From: Candidatus Omnitrophota bacterium
Lineage (GTDB): Bacteria; Omnitrophota; Omnitrophia; Omnitrophales; JACROU01
Length of the DNA: 64,000 nt
NCBI GenBank assembly: GCA_029261035.1
Contig: JAJDCD010000010.1
Coordinates: 142,612 to 206,611, forward strand
Direction: 5' to 3'
Below, one piece after another: positions 38,720-48,834 of the stretch. The notes under the pieces are model-generated. The model saw only the letters and a program-made list of their open reading frames with translations, did not search any database and was not told the DNA's origin. The translations under genes and the position numbers were made by a program. Every line of letters starts with the position of its first letter. Within the stretch, counting starts at the first letter, position 1.

Positions 38720-40522
38720 TTAGATTCGTTTGAAATGTTTCTCAAAATCATGCAGGGTGAGCTTAAGCAACACAGGACGACCATGAGGACAAGTAAATGG
38801 AGACTGAGTCTTATTTAGAAGTTCAACTAACGATTCCATTTCCTCAATAACCATTCGATCCTTAGCTTTGACGGAGCGGCTTTTACAGGCAATCAATGCA
38901 GAAACCTCTTCTTGCTTCTCTTTAAGAGGGTCTGAGTGACTTAACATTTGAGAACGCTCAAGGTAACCTCGCAAAACATCCTCAACAGCTGCCTCCTTGA
39001 TAAAAGCAGGTATCGACTGAATCGCATAAGTCCGATCGCCAAAAGGTTCAATAGAAAATCCAACTTGATTTAAAAAAGGTAATACATGTTTAAAATGCGC
39101 TTCTTCATTAACCTTTAAATTAAACGTAATGGGCATAAGCAAACCTTGAGTTTCAACCTTACTCTTTTCTAATGAAGAAAGAACGCTCTCATACTGAACG
39201 CGCTCGTGTGCGGCATGCTGATCAATCACAACAAGCCCACCTTCGTATTCGCCCACAATAAAACTAGAATGAATATGCCCCAACACACGAACTCCTCCTA
39301 GCTGCAACTGATCTTGATTGCTATTCGCGTCTCTAAAATCTGTTTGTTTTTCAAAGGACTGTTCTTGAAGATCTAGGCCCTGAATTGTTTCCTTGCCCAA
39401 AAGATTGGTTAGACCTTCTCGCACCTCATAAGAAGAAGCGTTATCCTTCATAAATTCTTGTTCATATTTATTAGTAGAAACAATTCTTTTATCTTCTGTT
39501 ACTCTCATCTGCGGATACAAATCCTCTCCCAACAATTGTTCTCGAATAATCTGTATCATTAAATTTTGAATCGCTTTTTCATTCGAGAGCTTCACTTCCC
39601 GTTTGGTTGGATGGACATTCACATCTACTTGCTTAGGATCAACATCAATAAAAATAATGCCCACAGGAAATTTCCCATCCATTACAAGCCCATGAAAAGC
39701 ACGGCTTAAAGCAAAGCTTAGAGAAACACTTTTTATTGGTCTCTTATTAATAAAGAAGATTTGATCCCGTCTATGCACCTGCGCCAATTCTGGTTTTCCG
39801 ACAAGCCCTTCCATCGTAACCCCTGATAGTTCCCCTGAAAAATCAATTAAGCGTTCTTCGTAACCCGCATCATAAAGAGTTTTCACTCGATCTCGAAGCG
39901 ATTGAGATTTTTTAACATCAATAATCGTTTTCTTTTCATCTGAAAATAAAAATTTAATCTCTGGGTATGCCAAAGCTAACAAGGTTAAAGCCTCTGTAAT
40001 CCGAGACAGCTCTGTTCGCTCTGTTTTAACAAATTTTCTTCGTGCAGGAGTATTAAAAAATAAATCTTTAACTTCAATAATAGTTCCTTCTCGAATCCCC
40101 TTTTCTGATTCTTGAACAATTTTCCCACCTTCAATCGAAAGTTCAAATCCTACAGACTCTCCTTGCACTCTTGTGGCTAAACGAAATTTAGAAACAGCAG
40201 AAATACTAGGAAGAGCTTCTCCTCTAAACCCAAATGTATCAATACTAAAAATATCTTCAACAGATTCTATCTTGCTCGTCGCATGCCGAATCAAACTGAG
40301 CTTAGCATCTTCTGGGCTCATTCCACATCCATTGTCTGCGACCCGAATAAAAGTTAAACCTCCATGTTTTACAGAAACCTCAATCTCTGTCGCTCCAGCA
40401 TCAATCGAATTCTCAACCAACTCTTTAACAACGGAGGCAGGCCGTTCAACAACCTCACCCGCCGCAATTTTATTAGCCACATCCTCTGGAAGCACCCGAA
40501 TAATTCTCGATAATGTTTTCAA
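38720..40522 (-). CDS. mutL: DNA mismatch repair endonuclease MutL
   Basis: NKIAAGEVVERP, GFRGEAL, DVNVHPTK, DQHAAHER, CPHGRP; start revised to TTG at 40522. Confidence 0.97.
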   Translation of the reverse strand: MKTLSRIIRVLPEDVANKIAAGEVVERPASVVKELVENSIDAGATEIEVSVKHGGLTFIRVADNGCGMSPEDAKLSLIRHATSKIESVEDIFSIDTFGFRGEALPSISAVSKFRLATRVQGESVGFELSIEGGKIVQESEKGIREGTIIEVKDLFFNTPARRKFVKTERTELSRITEALTLLALAYPEIKFLFSDEKKTIIDVKKSQSLRDRVKTLYDAGYEERLIDFSGELSGVTMEGLVGKPELAQVHRRDQIFFINKRPIKSVSLSFALSRAFHGLVMDGKFPVGIIFIDVDPKQVDVNVHPTKREVKLSNEKAIQNLMIQIIREQLLGEDLYPQMRVTEDKRIVSTNKYEQEFMKDNASSYEVREGLTNLLGKETIQGLDLQEQSFEKQTDFRDANSNQDQLQLGGVRVLGHIHSSFIVGEYEGGLVVIDQHAAHERVQYESVLSSLEKSKVETQGLLMPITFNLKVNEEAHFKHVLPFLNQVGFSIEPFGDRTYAIQSIPAFIKEAAVEDVLRGYLERSQMLSHSDPLKEKQEEVSALIACKSRSVKAKDRMVIEEMESLVELLNKTQSPFTCPHGRPVLLKLTLHDFEKHFKRI

Positions 40523-40562
40523 TGTAAATCTCCTTTGTAAAATTAAAATAGAAGTAGAAGAT

Positions 40563-40619
40563 GGGGACATAGACTTTTGTAACCATTGCGCAGCAATTGT
40601 GACAAAAGTGTGTGTCCCC
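40563..40619. repeat. REP-like inverted repeat between mutS and mutL
   Basis: GGGGACATAGACTTTTGT...ACAAAAGTGTGTGTCCCC. Confidence 0.6.
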
Positions 40620-40709
40620 TAGGCAAAAGGTAGGCTGTACCCATTAAAACACTCTACCTAAAGTAATATACTTGCAAAACTTCCTTATATAGCATGATAG
40701 TGACAGTCA

Positions 40710-43223
40710 CTACTCAGCAAAAAGAGGCAACTCTTCCCCTTGCTCTTTCTTCATCTTTCGAACCTTGGGTCTCTGTTTCGCACCCTTTGATGAATCATCG
40801 TCCTTTTCTAACTCTTCTAATATTTCATGCGCTCTAGAAATCACTTCTTCCGGCAAGCCGGCAAGTTTTGCTACATGAATCCCATAACTCTTATCGGTTC
40901 CGCCCCGTACAATTTTTCTCAAGAAAGAAATTCCATTTTCTCCTTCATGAACAGTTACATTATAATTTTTAACTCCAGGAAACAAATCCTCGAGTTGAGT
41001 TAATTCATGATAATGCGTAGCAAATAAAGCTCTAGGTCGTGGCCCACCTTCCTTAGCTAGGTATTCACAAACACTCCAAGCGATACTAACACCATCATAG
41101 GTTGAGGTGCCTCTCCCAATTTCATCCATCACAATAAGACTTCGAGAAGTTGCGTTATTCAATATGTTTGCCGTCTCAATCATCTCAACCATAAACGTAC
41201 TTTCTCCTCGAGTCAAAAAGTCGGAAGCTCCAATTCGTGTAAAAATACGATCGCAAATTCCAAGCTGTGCTTTTTTAGCTGGAACAAAACAGCCTACCTG
41301 TGCCAATAGTGAAATAAGAGCTACTTGACGAATATAAGTCGACTTACCCGCCATATTAGGCCCGGTAATTAAAATCAGTTGAAAATCTTCTCCGTTAAGT
41401 AAAATGTCATTTTCCACAAACTCTCCACTGGGAAGAACCATTTCCACCACAGGATGACGCCCCGCATCTACTTGAATCGATGTTTCTTCTGACATCTCAG
41501 GGCGAACATAATCTCTTCTGACAGCAACTTCCGAAAAAGCACTGACCACATCTACAAAAGCAATAGCTTCAGCCGATTGCTGCAATGCATCAATTTGCTC
41601 TCGGACCTGATTGCGAAAAGTTTCAAAAATTTCATATTCTTTCGCATTCGCCTTATCGGTTGCATTAAGAACTTTTTCTTCATACTCTTTCAATTCAGGA
41701 ACGATAAAACGCTCTGCATTAACTAATGTTTGCTTACGGATATACTCTGGCGGCACAGCATCTAAATTAGTTTTTCTTATTTCTATATAATAACCAAACA
41801 CCCTGTTGTACCTGATTTTTAACGATTTAATCCCCGTTCTCTCAATCTCTCTTTTTTGAAGTTCTGCAATATAGTCTTTTCCATGTTCTGAAATATTTCT
41901 TAGTTCATCCAGCTCGGAGTTATATCCAACCTGAATCAAGCCGCCTTCTTTAATCGTAATTGGAGGTTGTTCTACAAATGCTTTTTCTAGAGAATCTACT
42001 AAGCTTAGAAAATCATTTAACGAGCCGTTCACTTTTTGAAAAACAGAAAATTCCGTTTTCTTCAGCATCTCCTTCAAAGCAGGAATTTTAGATAACGATA
42101 CTTTTAACGCAACCAAATCTCTCGCATTGCCTAGATCACAGTTCAAACGTGCCACAATACGCTCGATGTCTCTAATTTCAGACAAACCTTCTCTCAATTG
42201 GTCTCGAACAGCCGTTGAATCAACCAATTCTTGAACACAACCCAAACGTTGATTAATTTTTTCTAAATTCAATAGAGGCCGTTTCAACCATAAACGAAGC
42301 ATACGTCCTCCCATAGGAGTTAAAGTCTCATCCACGGAGCTCAATAGCGTAGGCGCCTTTTTATCCCCTGTCATCGACTTGACGATCTCTAAGTTTCTTT
42401 GAGTCATTGAATCTAGAACCATATACTCTTCAGAAGAATATGCAGAAGGTTTCTTAACATGTTCTAAACTTTTATGAAGGTGGTCTTGTAAGTAATAAAG
42501 AATTCCCCCAACAGCAATCGTTGCTAAAGAAAAGTCTTTAAGCCCCATCCCTTCAATCGAAGCCACTTGAAATACGCTCTGAATTCGATCTTTAGAGCGA
42601 TCTAAATCAAAAATTCGATCTTCATAATGATTGTTCGAACAATTAAATTCTGTTTGTAAAAATTGAAATAATTCAGACTCAAACGAAATGCTTTCTGGCA
42701 AAATACTTTCGACGGGCTGTATACGCATCAATTCGCTTTTTAAATTAGATAAGCTATCTACCTCGGTAACTTTAAACTCCCCTGTCCCTAAATCTAAAAA
42801 AGCAACTCCATAAGAACCCTCTTTGTCGGGGAAACATGAAACTAAATATTTGTTAGAGACAACTTCTCCTTCAGACTCTTCAACGTAAGTCCCTTGACTA
42901 ATAATTCGAGTCACTTCTCGCTTAACCAACCCCTTCGACGCTCGAGGGTCTCCGACTTGCTCACAAATAGCCACCTTCAGTCCTGCTTCAATTAATTTGG
43001 CGATATAGCCTTTTCCAGCATGAAAAGGAACTCCGCACATAGGAATTCTTCCTTGCTCCCCTCCCTCACGCCCTGTTAAGGTAATATTTAAAATTCGAGA
43101 AGCAAGCGCTGCATCTTCAAAAAACATTTCATAGAAATCCCCTAGTCGAAAAAATAGAATCGTATTGGAAGGTAAAGCCTTTTTAATATCCAAATACTGC
43201 TGCATCATGGGGGTGAGTTTCAC
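40710..43223 (-). CDS. mutS: DNA mismatch repair protein MutS
   Basis: TPMMQQY, FFRLGDFYEMF, TGPNMAGKST, STFMVEM, DEIGRGTST, FATHYHEL. Confidence 0.98.
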   Translation of the reverse strand: MKLTPMMQQYLDIKKALPSNTILFFRLGDFYEMFFEDAALASRILNITLTGREGGEQGRIPMCGVPFHAGKGYIAKLIEAGLKVAICEQVGDPRASKGLVKREVTRIISQGTYVEESEGEVVSNKYLVSCFPDKEGSYGVAFLDLGTGEFKVTEVDSLSNLKSELMRIQPVESILPESISFESELFQFLQTEFNCSNNHYEDRIFDLDRSKDRIQSVFQVASIEGMGLKDFSLATIAVGGILYYLQDHLHKSLEHVKKPSAYSSEEYMVLDSMTQRNLEIVKSMTGDKKAPTLLSSVDETLTPMGGRMLRLWLKRPLLNLEKINQRLGCVQELVDSTAVRDQLREGLSEIRDIERIVARLNCDLGNARDLVALKVSLSKIPALKEMLKKTEFSVFQKVNGSLNDFLSLVDSLEKAFVEQPPITIKEGGLIQVGYNSELDELRNISEHGKDYIAELQKREIERTGIKSLKIRYNRVFGYYIEIRKTNLDAVPPEYIRKQTLVNAERFIVPELKEYEEKVLNATDKANAKEYEIFETFRNQVREQIDALQQSAEAIAFVDVVSAFSEVAVRRDYVRPEMSEETSIQVDAGRHPVVEMVLPSGEFVENDILLNGEDFQLILITGPNMAGKSTYIRQVALISLLAQVGCFVPAKKAQLGICDRIFTRIGASDFLTRGESTFMVEMIETANILNNATSRSLIVMDEIGRGTSTYDGVSIAWSVCEYLAKEGGPRPRALFATHYHELTQLEDLFPGVKNYNVTVHEGENGISFLRKIVRGGTDKSYGIHVAKLAGLPEEVISRAHEILEELEKDDDSSKGAKQRPKVRKMKKEQGEELPLFAE

Positions 43224-43427
43224 GAATAATCTCCTTCTTTGGTAGGTACAGACCGGTTATTATGCTGACACCCTAAAAGAGTGTCAAGGGTTAATGCGTA
43301 TAGAGAGATAACCCTCACCCCAACCCTCACCCTATCAGGGAGAGGGAGCTCCGCTGCCTTCTGGCTTCTGACTTCCGTTATATGCTATAATTCTGCTCAT
43401 TACTGAGTAAACACAAGGGAAAAGCTC

Positions 43428-44246
43428 ATGTCTGATAATAAAATTCATTCTTCAGCAATCGTCAATTCAAAGGCTATTTTGGGGAAAAACAATGAAATTG
43501 GCCCCAATGTAACGATAGAAGAAGGCGTTAAAATGGGTGATAATAATAAGGTTCTACAAGGAGCCTTTATTGCTCAAGGGACAACTCTTGGGGATGAAAA
43601 TCAAATTCATATGAATGCCGTAGTTGGACATGAACCTCAAGATCTAGCTTTTTCTGGAACTCCAAGTTTTACCCAAATCGGAAACCATAATGTTATTCGT
43701 GAATTTGTAACCATTCACAGAGGGACCAAAGAAGGTTCTGCTACGGTTATCGGAAATCACAACTTTTTTATGGCCTATTCCCACATCGCTCACAACTGCC
43801 GCGTTCATAATCACGTCGTTCTTGTAAACAATGCTTCCTTAACAGGCCATTGTGAAATAGAAGATTATGCTTTCCTTTCAGGCTTTGTAGGCCTTCATCA
43901 GTTTACTAAAATAGGCGCTTATGTCATTGTCTCAGCTCTTTCAGCTGTAAACAAAGATGTTCCTCCATTTATGTTGTCCGGAGGAAGACCTGCTGTCATC
44001 CAAGGAATTAATGTCATTGGACTTAGACGTGGAGGATTTGATGCTACAGTCCGAAGTGAAATTAAAAAAGCATACAAAGTTCTCTACCGTTCAGAAAACA
44101 ATGTTTCACAAGCCTTAGAAATTTTGGAAAAAGATTTTGAAACTGAGGAAGTAAAACGAATTGTAGAATTTATAAAGTCTTCAGACCGAGGAATCTGTTC
44201 GGGGCAAGGAGACGAAAAAGAAACTCTCCTAAGCAAAAAGGGCTAG
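43428..44246 (+). CDS. lpxA: UDP-N-acetylglucosamine O-acyltransferase
   Basis: Hexapeptide repeats, GHEPQDL, IREFVTIHRGT, HIAHNC, HQF, N.IGLRR. Confidence 0.93.
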   Translation: MSDNKIHSSAIVNSKAILGKNNEIGPNVTIEEGVKMGDNNKVLQGAFIAQGTTLGDENQIHMNAVVGHEPQDLAFSGTPSFTQIGNHNVIREFVTIHRGTKEGSATVIGNHNFFMAYSHIAHNCRVHNHVVLVNNASLTGHCEIEDYAFLSGFVGLHQFTKIGAYVIVSALSAVNKDVPPFMLSGGRPAVIQGINVIGLRRGGFDATVRSEIKKAYKVLYRSENNVSQALEILEKDFETEEVKRIVEFIKSSDRGICSGQGDEKETLLSKKG

Positions 44247-44317
44247 GTCTTTTTGCTCGTGAGGCATGAAGCGTATTTCGTGGAAATTCTACCCGAAAAA
44301 AACATCCTTCAAACACC

Positions 44318-44422
44318 TGTCATTGCGAGGTGTAAACAAAAAGAGCCGTGGCAATCTCAGGTTTAAAGAATTATCTCTGTCTGAGATTGCCACGGCTCTT
44401 TTGCTCTTGCCTCGCAATGACA
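44318..44422. repeat. REP/REPIN-like element (GTCATTGCGAG family)
   Basis: Same arms as 4232-4338; lies between convergent lpxA and fabF. Confidence 0.85.
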
Positions 44423-44425
44423 ATT

Positions 44426-45667
44426 TTATCTCTTTCCTACAATCAAAATAGAATTTTTTCCGCCGAAACCAAAAGAATTTTTCATAATCGTTTTAATCTC
44501 TGCAGGACGAGATTTATTAGGCACGTAATCCAGATCACAGTCAGGGTCCGGAACTTCATAATTAATCGTTGGCGGCAAAATTTGTTTTTCCATCGCTAGC
44601 AACGTTGCTGCCAATTCCACACTTCCAGCTGCTCCAATCAAATGACCCACCATAGATTTCGTAGAACTCACTGGGGTGTGATAAGCTTCTTCTCCAAACA
44701 CTTTTCGAATGACAGCTGTTTCTGTTTTATCATTCAAAGGGGTCGATGTTCCATGCGCATTAATATAGTCAATATCCTTTGGAGTCACTTCCGCTTCTTC
44801 TAACGCCATCTCCATCGCACGAGCCGCTTGCTCTAATGAAGGGTCTGGCGCTGTCATATGATGCGCGTCACAAGTCATCCCATGACCTAACACTTCCGCA
44901 TAAATATGTGCCCCTCTAGCTTTTGCATGTTCATATTCTTCTAAGACAAACATAGCGGATCCTTCTCCTAAAACAAATCCATCTCGGTCCATATTAAAAG
45001 GACGCGATGCTTTAGTCGGATCATCATTGCGGGTGGACATAGCGCGAGCAACACAAAAAGAAGCAAAAATAGGCGAGTACATTGTTGCCTCACTTCCCCC
45101 TGTCAAAATAACATCTTGGTGATTCAACTCAATAGCCTCAACCGCAGCGCCTAAAGCATCCGAAGCAGAAGAACAAGCTGTAGACAAAGCGTAACTCGGA
45201 CCTTTGAGCCCCAAGAACATAGAAACTTGGCTTGCACAAGCATCTGGAAAAGAAGCTAAAGCAGTAAAAGGACTAATTCTCATAGGACCTGAATCGATAA
45301 AAACATCATGTTGTTCTAGTATATAACCAATGCCACACATCGAAGTCCCAATAACAACTCCAGCCCTCTCAGGGGGCACTTGGGATAAATCAATTTTAGA
45401 ATCTTCAACGGCCATAGAGGAAGTCGCAATAGCAAAATGAGCAGTTCGATCCATACGTCGAACCAAACGCTTATGAAGATATTTCTCGGGGTCAAAATCT
45501 CTTACTTGTCCTGCCATCTGTGTTGGAAAGGGAGTTCTGTCAAAACGATCAATCGTTGTAACGCCCGATTTTCCACTTTCTATAGCATCCCAAAATACAT
45601 CTTTCCCAATTCCATTAGCTGCAATAACACCTAATCCTGTAATAACAACCCGTCGTTTTTTTGACAT
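44426..45667 (-). CDS. fabF: Beta-ketoacyl-ACP synthase II
   Basis: RRVVITGLG, TACSS, DAHHMTAP, YINAHGTST, KSMVGH, NSFGFGG; start revised to ATG at 45667. Confidence 0.93.
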   Translation of the reverse strand: MSKKRRVVITGLGVIAANGIGKDVFWDAIESGKSGVTTIDRFDRTPFPTQMAGQVRDFDPEKYLHKRLVRRMDRTAHFAIATSSMAVEDSKIDLSQVPPERAGVVIGTSMCGIGYILEQHDVFIDSGPMRISPFTALASFPDACASQVSMFLGLKGPSYALSTACSSASDALGAAVEAIELNHQDVILTGGSEATMYSPIFASFCVARAMSTRNDDPTKASRPFNMDRDGFVLGEGSAMFVLEEYEHAKARGAHIYAEVLGHGMTCDAHHMTAPDPSLEQAARAMEMALEEAEVTPKDIDYINAHGTSTPLNDKTETAVIRKVFGEEAYHTPVSSTKSMVGHLIGAAGSVELAATLLAMEKQILPPTINYEVPDPDCDLDYVPNKSRPAEIKTIMKNSFGFGGKNSILIVGKR

Positions 45668-45753
45668 AGTTTCCTTTGCCCACTGCAATCTCAGTTAATT
45701 TAGTTAGATTCAAATCGAATCACTTCATTTGGAACCACTGCGTTAAGGACCTA

Positions 45754-45781
45754 GTGTGTCGGGTCTTTAGACCTGGCACAC
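45754..45781. repeat. Hairpin or REP-like palindrome between moeB and fabF
   Basis: GTGTGTCGGGTCT-TT-AGACCTGGCACAC. Confidence 0.5.
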
Positions 45782-45835
45782 ATTACAAGCTTTACTTCCA
45801 TACCTTTTTTGGCGGGCTTAATTGAATTACCTTAA

Positions 45836-47002
45836 CTAATATCGAGGGACTGTTGAATCCACCTGAAGAGACCATTCATCAATGCCACCTTCAAGGTTTT
45901 TAAGATGTTCAAAACCCTGTTCACTCAAAAATTGCACAGCTCTCATACTTCTACCACCATGATGACAATGAACAACAATCTCTTTATTTTTATATTGTTC
46001 TAATTCTGAAAAACGGGTGGATACTTCCCCTAGAGGAATTAAAATAGACCCCGGAATTTTTGCTATTTCATATTCATGAGTTTCACGAACATCCACCAAA
46101 ACAAAATCTTCTTTTTCTTCAATTTTTTTCTTTAATTGAGCTACATCAAGTACACCATAATTTATATTTTCTTCTTCGTTCACAGAAGCATCTCCTTGTT
46201 GTGGAATACCACAAAACTCTTGGTAATCAATCAATTCAGTAATTGTAGGTTTGTCGCCACATATGGGGCACTCAGGATCTTTTTTTAGTTTTAGTTCTCG
46301 AAACTTCATCGCAAGCGCATCATAAACAAGCAATCGACCCACAAGAGAGGTCCCTTGTCCCACAATCAACTTAACCGCTTCGGTTGCTTGAATCAACCCA
46401 ATCGTTCCAGGGAGAATTCCCAACACACCACCTTCAGCGCAACTAGGAACCATGCCTGGCGGTGGAGGTTCTGGATATAAGCAACGATAACAAGGGCCTT
46501 CATCTGCTTTAAAAACGGTCGCCTGTCCATCAAAACGAAAAATAGAACCATAAATATTTGTTTTGTTTAACAACACGCAAGTATCATTAACCAAATAACG
46601 GGTTGGGAAATTATCCGTGCCATCAATCACAATATCAAAATCTTTGATGATTTCCATCGCATTTTCAGAAGTGATTTGAGTTTTAAATTTTATAATATTT
46701 GTATCTGGATTCATGGCTTTAATTCTTTTCTCAGCAGAATCCAATTTCAAATTGCCAATCTCATCATTCGTATGAAGTATTTGTCTTTGTAAGTTACTTA
46801 AATCAACCACATCAAAATCAACAATACCTAATGTTCCAACCCCTGCTGCTGCTAAATAAATTCCCAAGGGTGAGCCCAACCCTCCAGCCCCAATTAAAAG
46901 CACTTTTGCTTTTAATAATTTTTTCTGGCCTTCCAATCCAACCTCAGGAAGAATTAAGTGGCGACTATAACGTTGATATTGTTCTTGTGTCAATTCACTC
47001 AT
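45836..47002 (-). CDS. moeB: MoeB/MoeZ-type adenylyltransferase-rhodanese fusion
   Basis: RYSRHLIL, GAGGLG, SNLQRQ, PCYRC, SCAEGGVLG, CPIC, rhodanese CHHGGRS; start revised to ATG at 47002. Confidence 0.92.
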   Translation of the reverse strand: MSELTQEQYQRYSRHLILPEVGLEGQKKLLKAKVLLIGAGGLGSPLGIYLAAAGVGTLGIVDFDVVDLSNLQRQILHTNDEIGNLKLDSAEKRIKAMNPDTNIIKFKTQITSENAMEIIKDFDIVIDGTDNFPTRYLVNDTCVLLNKTNIYGSIFRFDGQATVFKADEGPCYRCLYPEPPPPGMVPSCAEGGVLGILPGTIGLIQATEAVKLIVGQGTSLVGRLLVYDALAMKFRELKLKKDPECPICGDKPTITELIDYQEFCGIPQQGDASVNEEENINYGVLDVAQLKKKIEEKEDFVLVDVRETHEYEIAKIPGSILIPLGEVSTRFSELEQYKNKEIVVHCHHGGRSMRAVQFLSEQGFEHLKNLEGGIDEWSLQVDSTVPRY

Positions 47003-47043
47003 TTCATCTCTATCTTTCTGAATATAAATTTGTCTTATAAACA

Positions 47044-47072
47044 CAAAAAACCCGTCGGAAACGGGTTTTTTG
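47044..47072. terminator. Bidirectional-type terminator after ferredoxin
   Basis: CAAAAAACCCGT-CGGAA-ACGGGTTTTTTG. Confidence 0.8.
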
Positions 47073-47109
47073 CACATTTAAATCAATCTTTATCTGATAA
47101 AACTAAAAA

Positions 47110-47340
47110 CTACGCGCCATCATTACCAATGGCTTCAACAGGACACTCAGAAAGTGCTTGTTCGCATTGTTCTTCTTCTTCAGGAGATTCTGCTTGTTTC
47201 TTAACAAAAGAATAACCATTATCACTTCGATCAAAATTCTCTGGAGCAGTTTGACGACACAAGTCACAGTCAATACACTGAGCATCGACATAAAACTTAC
47301 CCGCTACCGTCTCTTCTACTTTATTTTCTTTATCTGCCAT
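47110..47340 (-). CDS. Single-cluster 4Fe-4S ferredoxin
   Basis: CIDCDLC ... CPVEAIG. Confidence 0.92.
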   Translation of the reverse strand: MADKENKVEETVAGKFYVDAQCIDCDLCRQTAPENFDRSDNGYSFVKKQAESPEEEEQCEQALSECPVEAIGNDGA

Positions 47341-47454
47341 TTTTATTAACTCCTTAATACTGTGTTGAACTTAATTTACTCATTTATTATCCTTGATTAT
47401 ACGGCTTTTGACAAGAGTTCTTTAGCACTAAAAGCCAAGTTATACCCTCCCCTC

Positions 47455-47802
47455 CTATTGATCATAGGTAATCCACTTATCTACTTTCCCATCATAATCA
47501 ACGTCCTTCTCAGCGCTCACTATTTTTTCTCCGCTGACCTTCGCCCACTCATCCACAGAACCATCATAATTAGTATCTGCTTCAATACGCACCAAAGTCC
47601 CCCGATCAAAGTATTCCCAGCGATCCGGTTTTCCATCCTTGTTTTTATCACTAGCCACATTGCTAACTGTCGGAGCTGCTATCGTATCTCCAATTGTAGC
47701 CTGAATTTGATTTTTCTTACTTTCTCTTTTTTTCGCAAATGCATCAGAGGTAACTCCAATAGAAAAACAAAGAATTAGGATATATATATAGTATCTCATC
47801 AT
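47455..47802 (-). CDS. Secreted hypothetical protein with DxDxDG calcium-binding-like repeats
   Basis: Signal peptide; DKNKDGKPDRW, DTNYDGSVDEW, DVDYDGKVDKW. Confidence 0.8.
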   Translation of the reverse strand: MMRYYIYILILCFSIGVTSDAFAKKRESKKNQIQATIGDTIAAPTVSNVASDKNKDGKPDRWEYFDRGTLVRIEADTNYDGSVDEWAKVSGEKIVSAEKDVDYDGKVDKWITYDQ

Positions 47803-47834
47803 ACTTTTCTCCTTTAAATTGTTAGGCTTACTTT

Positions 47835-48803
47835 TTATTTCTTTTTCTCAAAAAAGCCTTGTTTAAAGATATCGTTTGTTTCGTACAATTCCTGAAGCTC
47901 CTTAAATATTTCTATTGAGACCGGGTTGTTCTCAGAAGCTAAAAGATTCATCGCTACCTGTTCGGACGTTTTTGCTCCTGGAATAACTACAGAAACTGGT
48001 TTCTGTCTTAGAACAAACCCTAAACTAAAAGGGATTGGCTCCGTTTTTAATTTTTCATATCTAGTCTTTAAAACTTCTACCTTTTTAAGAATTAACTCGA
48101 TTTTTTCTTTAGACCAACGCCTCCGATGATCATTTTTTGGAAACTCCACTTCTTTCGTATATTTACCTGTCAGCATTCCACACTCTAAAGGCTCTCTGGC
48201 AATAACCCCTATTTTCTTTTCTTCTGCAAAAGATAAAAAATTCTCTCCAACTCTCTGATCAACTAAGTTGTATATACATTGGACGGTATCCATCACACCC
48301 GTATTCACCCAAGCTTCCCCTTGCCATGGAACAAAAATAGAGACACCAATAAAACGGATTTTTCCCTCTTTCTGAGCTAATAGTAATTGGGATAATAGGG
48401 CTTCAAAATTCTCCAACAAAGAATCAGGTGGGTTATGAAGTTGATAAACATCGATATAGTCAGTATTCAAACGCTTCAAACTAGAATGGATTGCTTCCTT
48501 AATATAACTAGGGTCATAATTCGAGCGAACGGCTCCTTGAGTAAAGTCCCAACCTCCCTTAGTCGCAAGAACAACTTGGCCTCGCTTCCCTTTAAGCGCT
48601 GTCCCAACAAGCTCTTCGCTTTTACCAAAACCATAAATGTCTGCTGTATCAATAAAATTGACGCCCTGATCCAGAGCAAAGGAAAGTGCTTTCAAAGACT
48701 CGGAATCTGAAGTGGCACCGTAGCTATTCCCACTAATGCCCCATGATCCGAAACCAATTTCCGAAACGTTAAGCTGAGTTCTTCCTAAAATTCTATATTT
48801 CAT
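47835..48803 (-). CDS. Aldo/keto reductase
   Basis: LGRT...SEIGFG, DTADIYG.G.SE, LATKGG, SLKRL.TDYID.YQLH, IPGAK. Confidence 0.94.
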   Translation of the reverse strand: MKYRILGRTQLNVSEIGFGSWGISGNSYGATSDSESLKALSFALDQGVNFIDTADIYGFGKSEELVGTALKGKRGQVVLATKGGWDFTQGAVRSNYDPSYIKEAIHSSLKRLNTDYIDVYQLHNPPDSLLENFEALLSQLLLAQKEGKIRFIGVSIFVPWQGEAWVNTGVMDTVQCIYNLVDQRVGENFLSFAEEKKIGVIAREPLECGMLTGKYTKEVEFPKNDHRRRWSKEKIELILKKVEVLKTRYEKLKTEPIPFSLGFVLRQKPVSVVIPGAKTSEQVAMNLLASENNPVSIEIFKELQELYETNDIFKQGFFEKKK

Positions 48804-48834
48804 GAGTAGAGGTGCGAAACAACCTTAGACTTGT

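Noticed and set aside
44266-44599. Short ORFs between lpxA and fabF
   Set aside because: They translate the palindromic repeat and the antisense of fabF.
45690-45835. Possible ncRNA or riboswitch upstream of fabF
   Set aside because: Only one hairpin and no recognisable family consensus; kept as a low-confidence repeat.
47362-47778. 138-aa plus-strand ORF and other short antisense ORFs (e.g. 6132-6563, 8446-9171, 22964-23356, 40173-40622)
   Set aside because: Shadows of well-supported opposite-strand genes, with no recognisable motifs.
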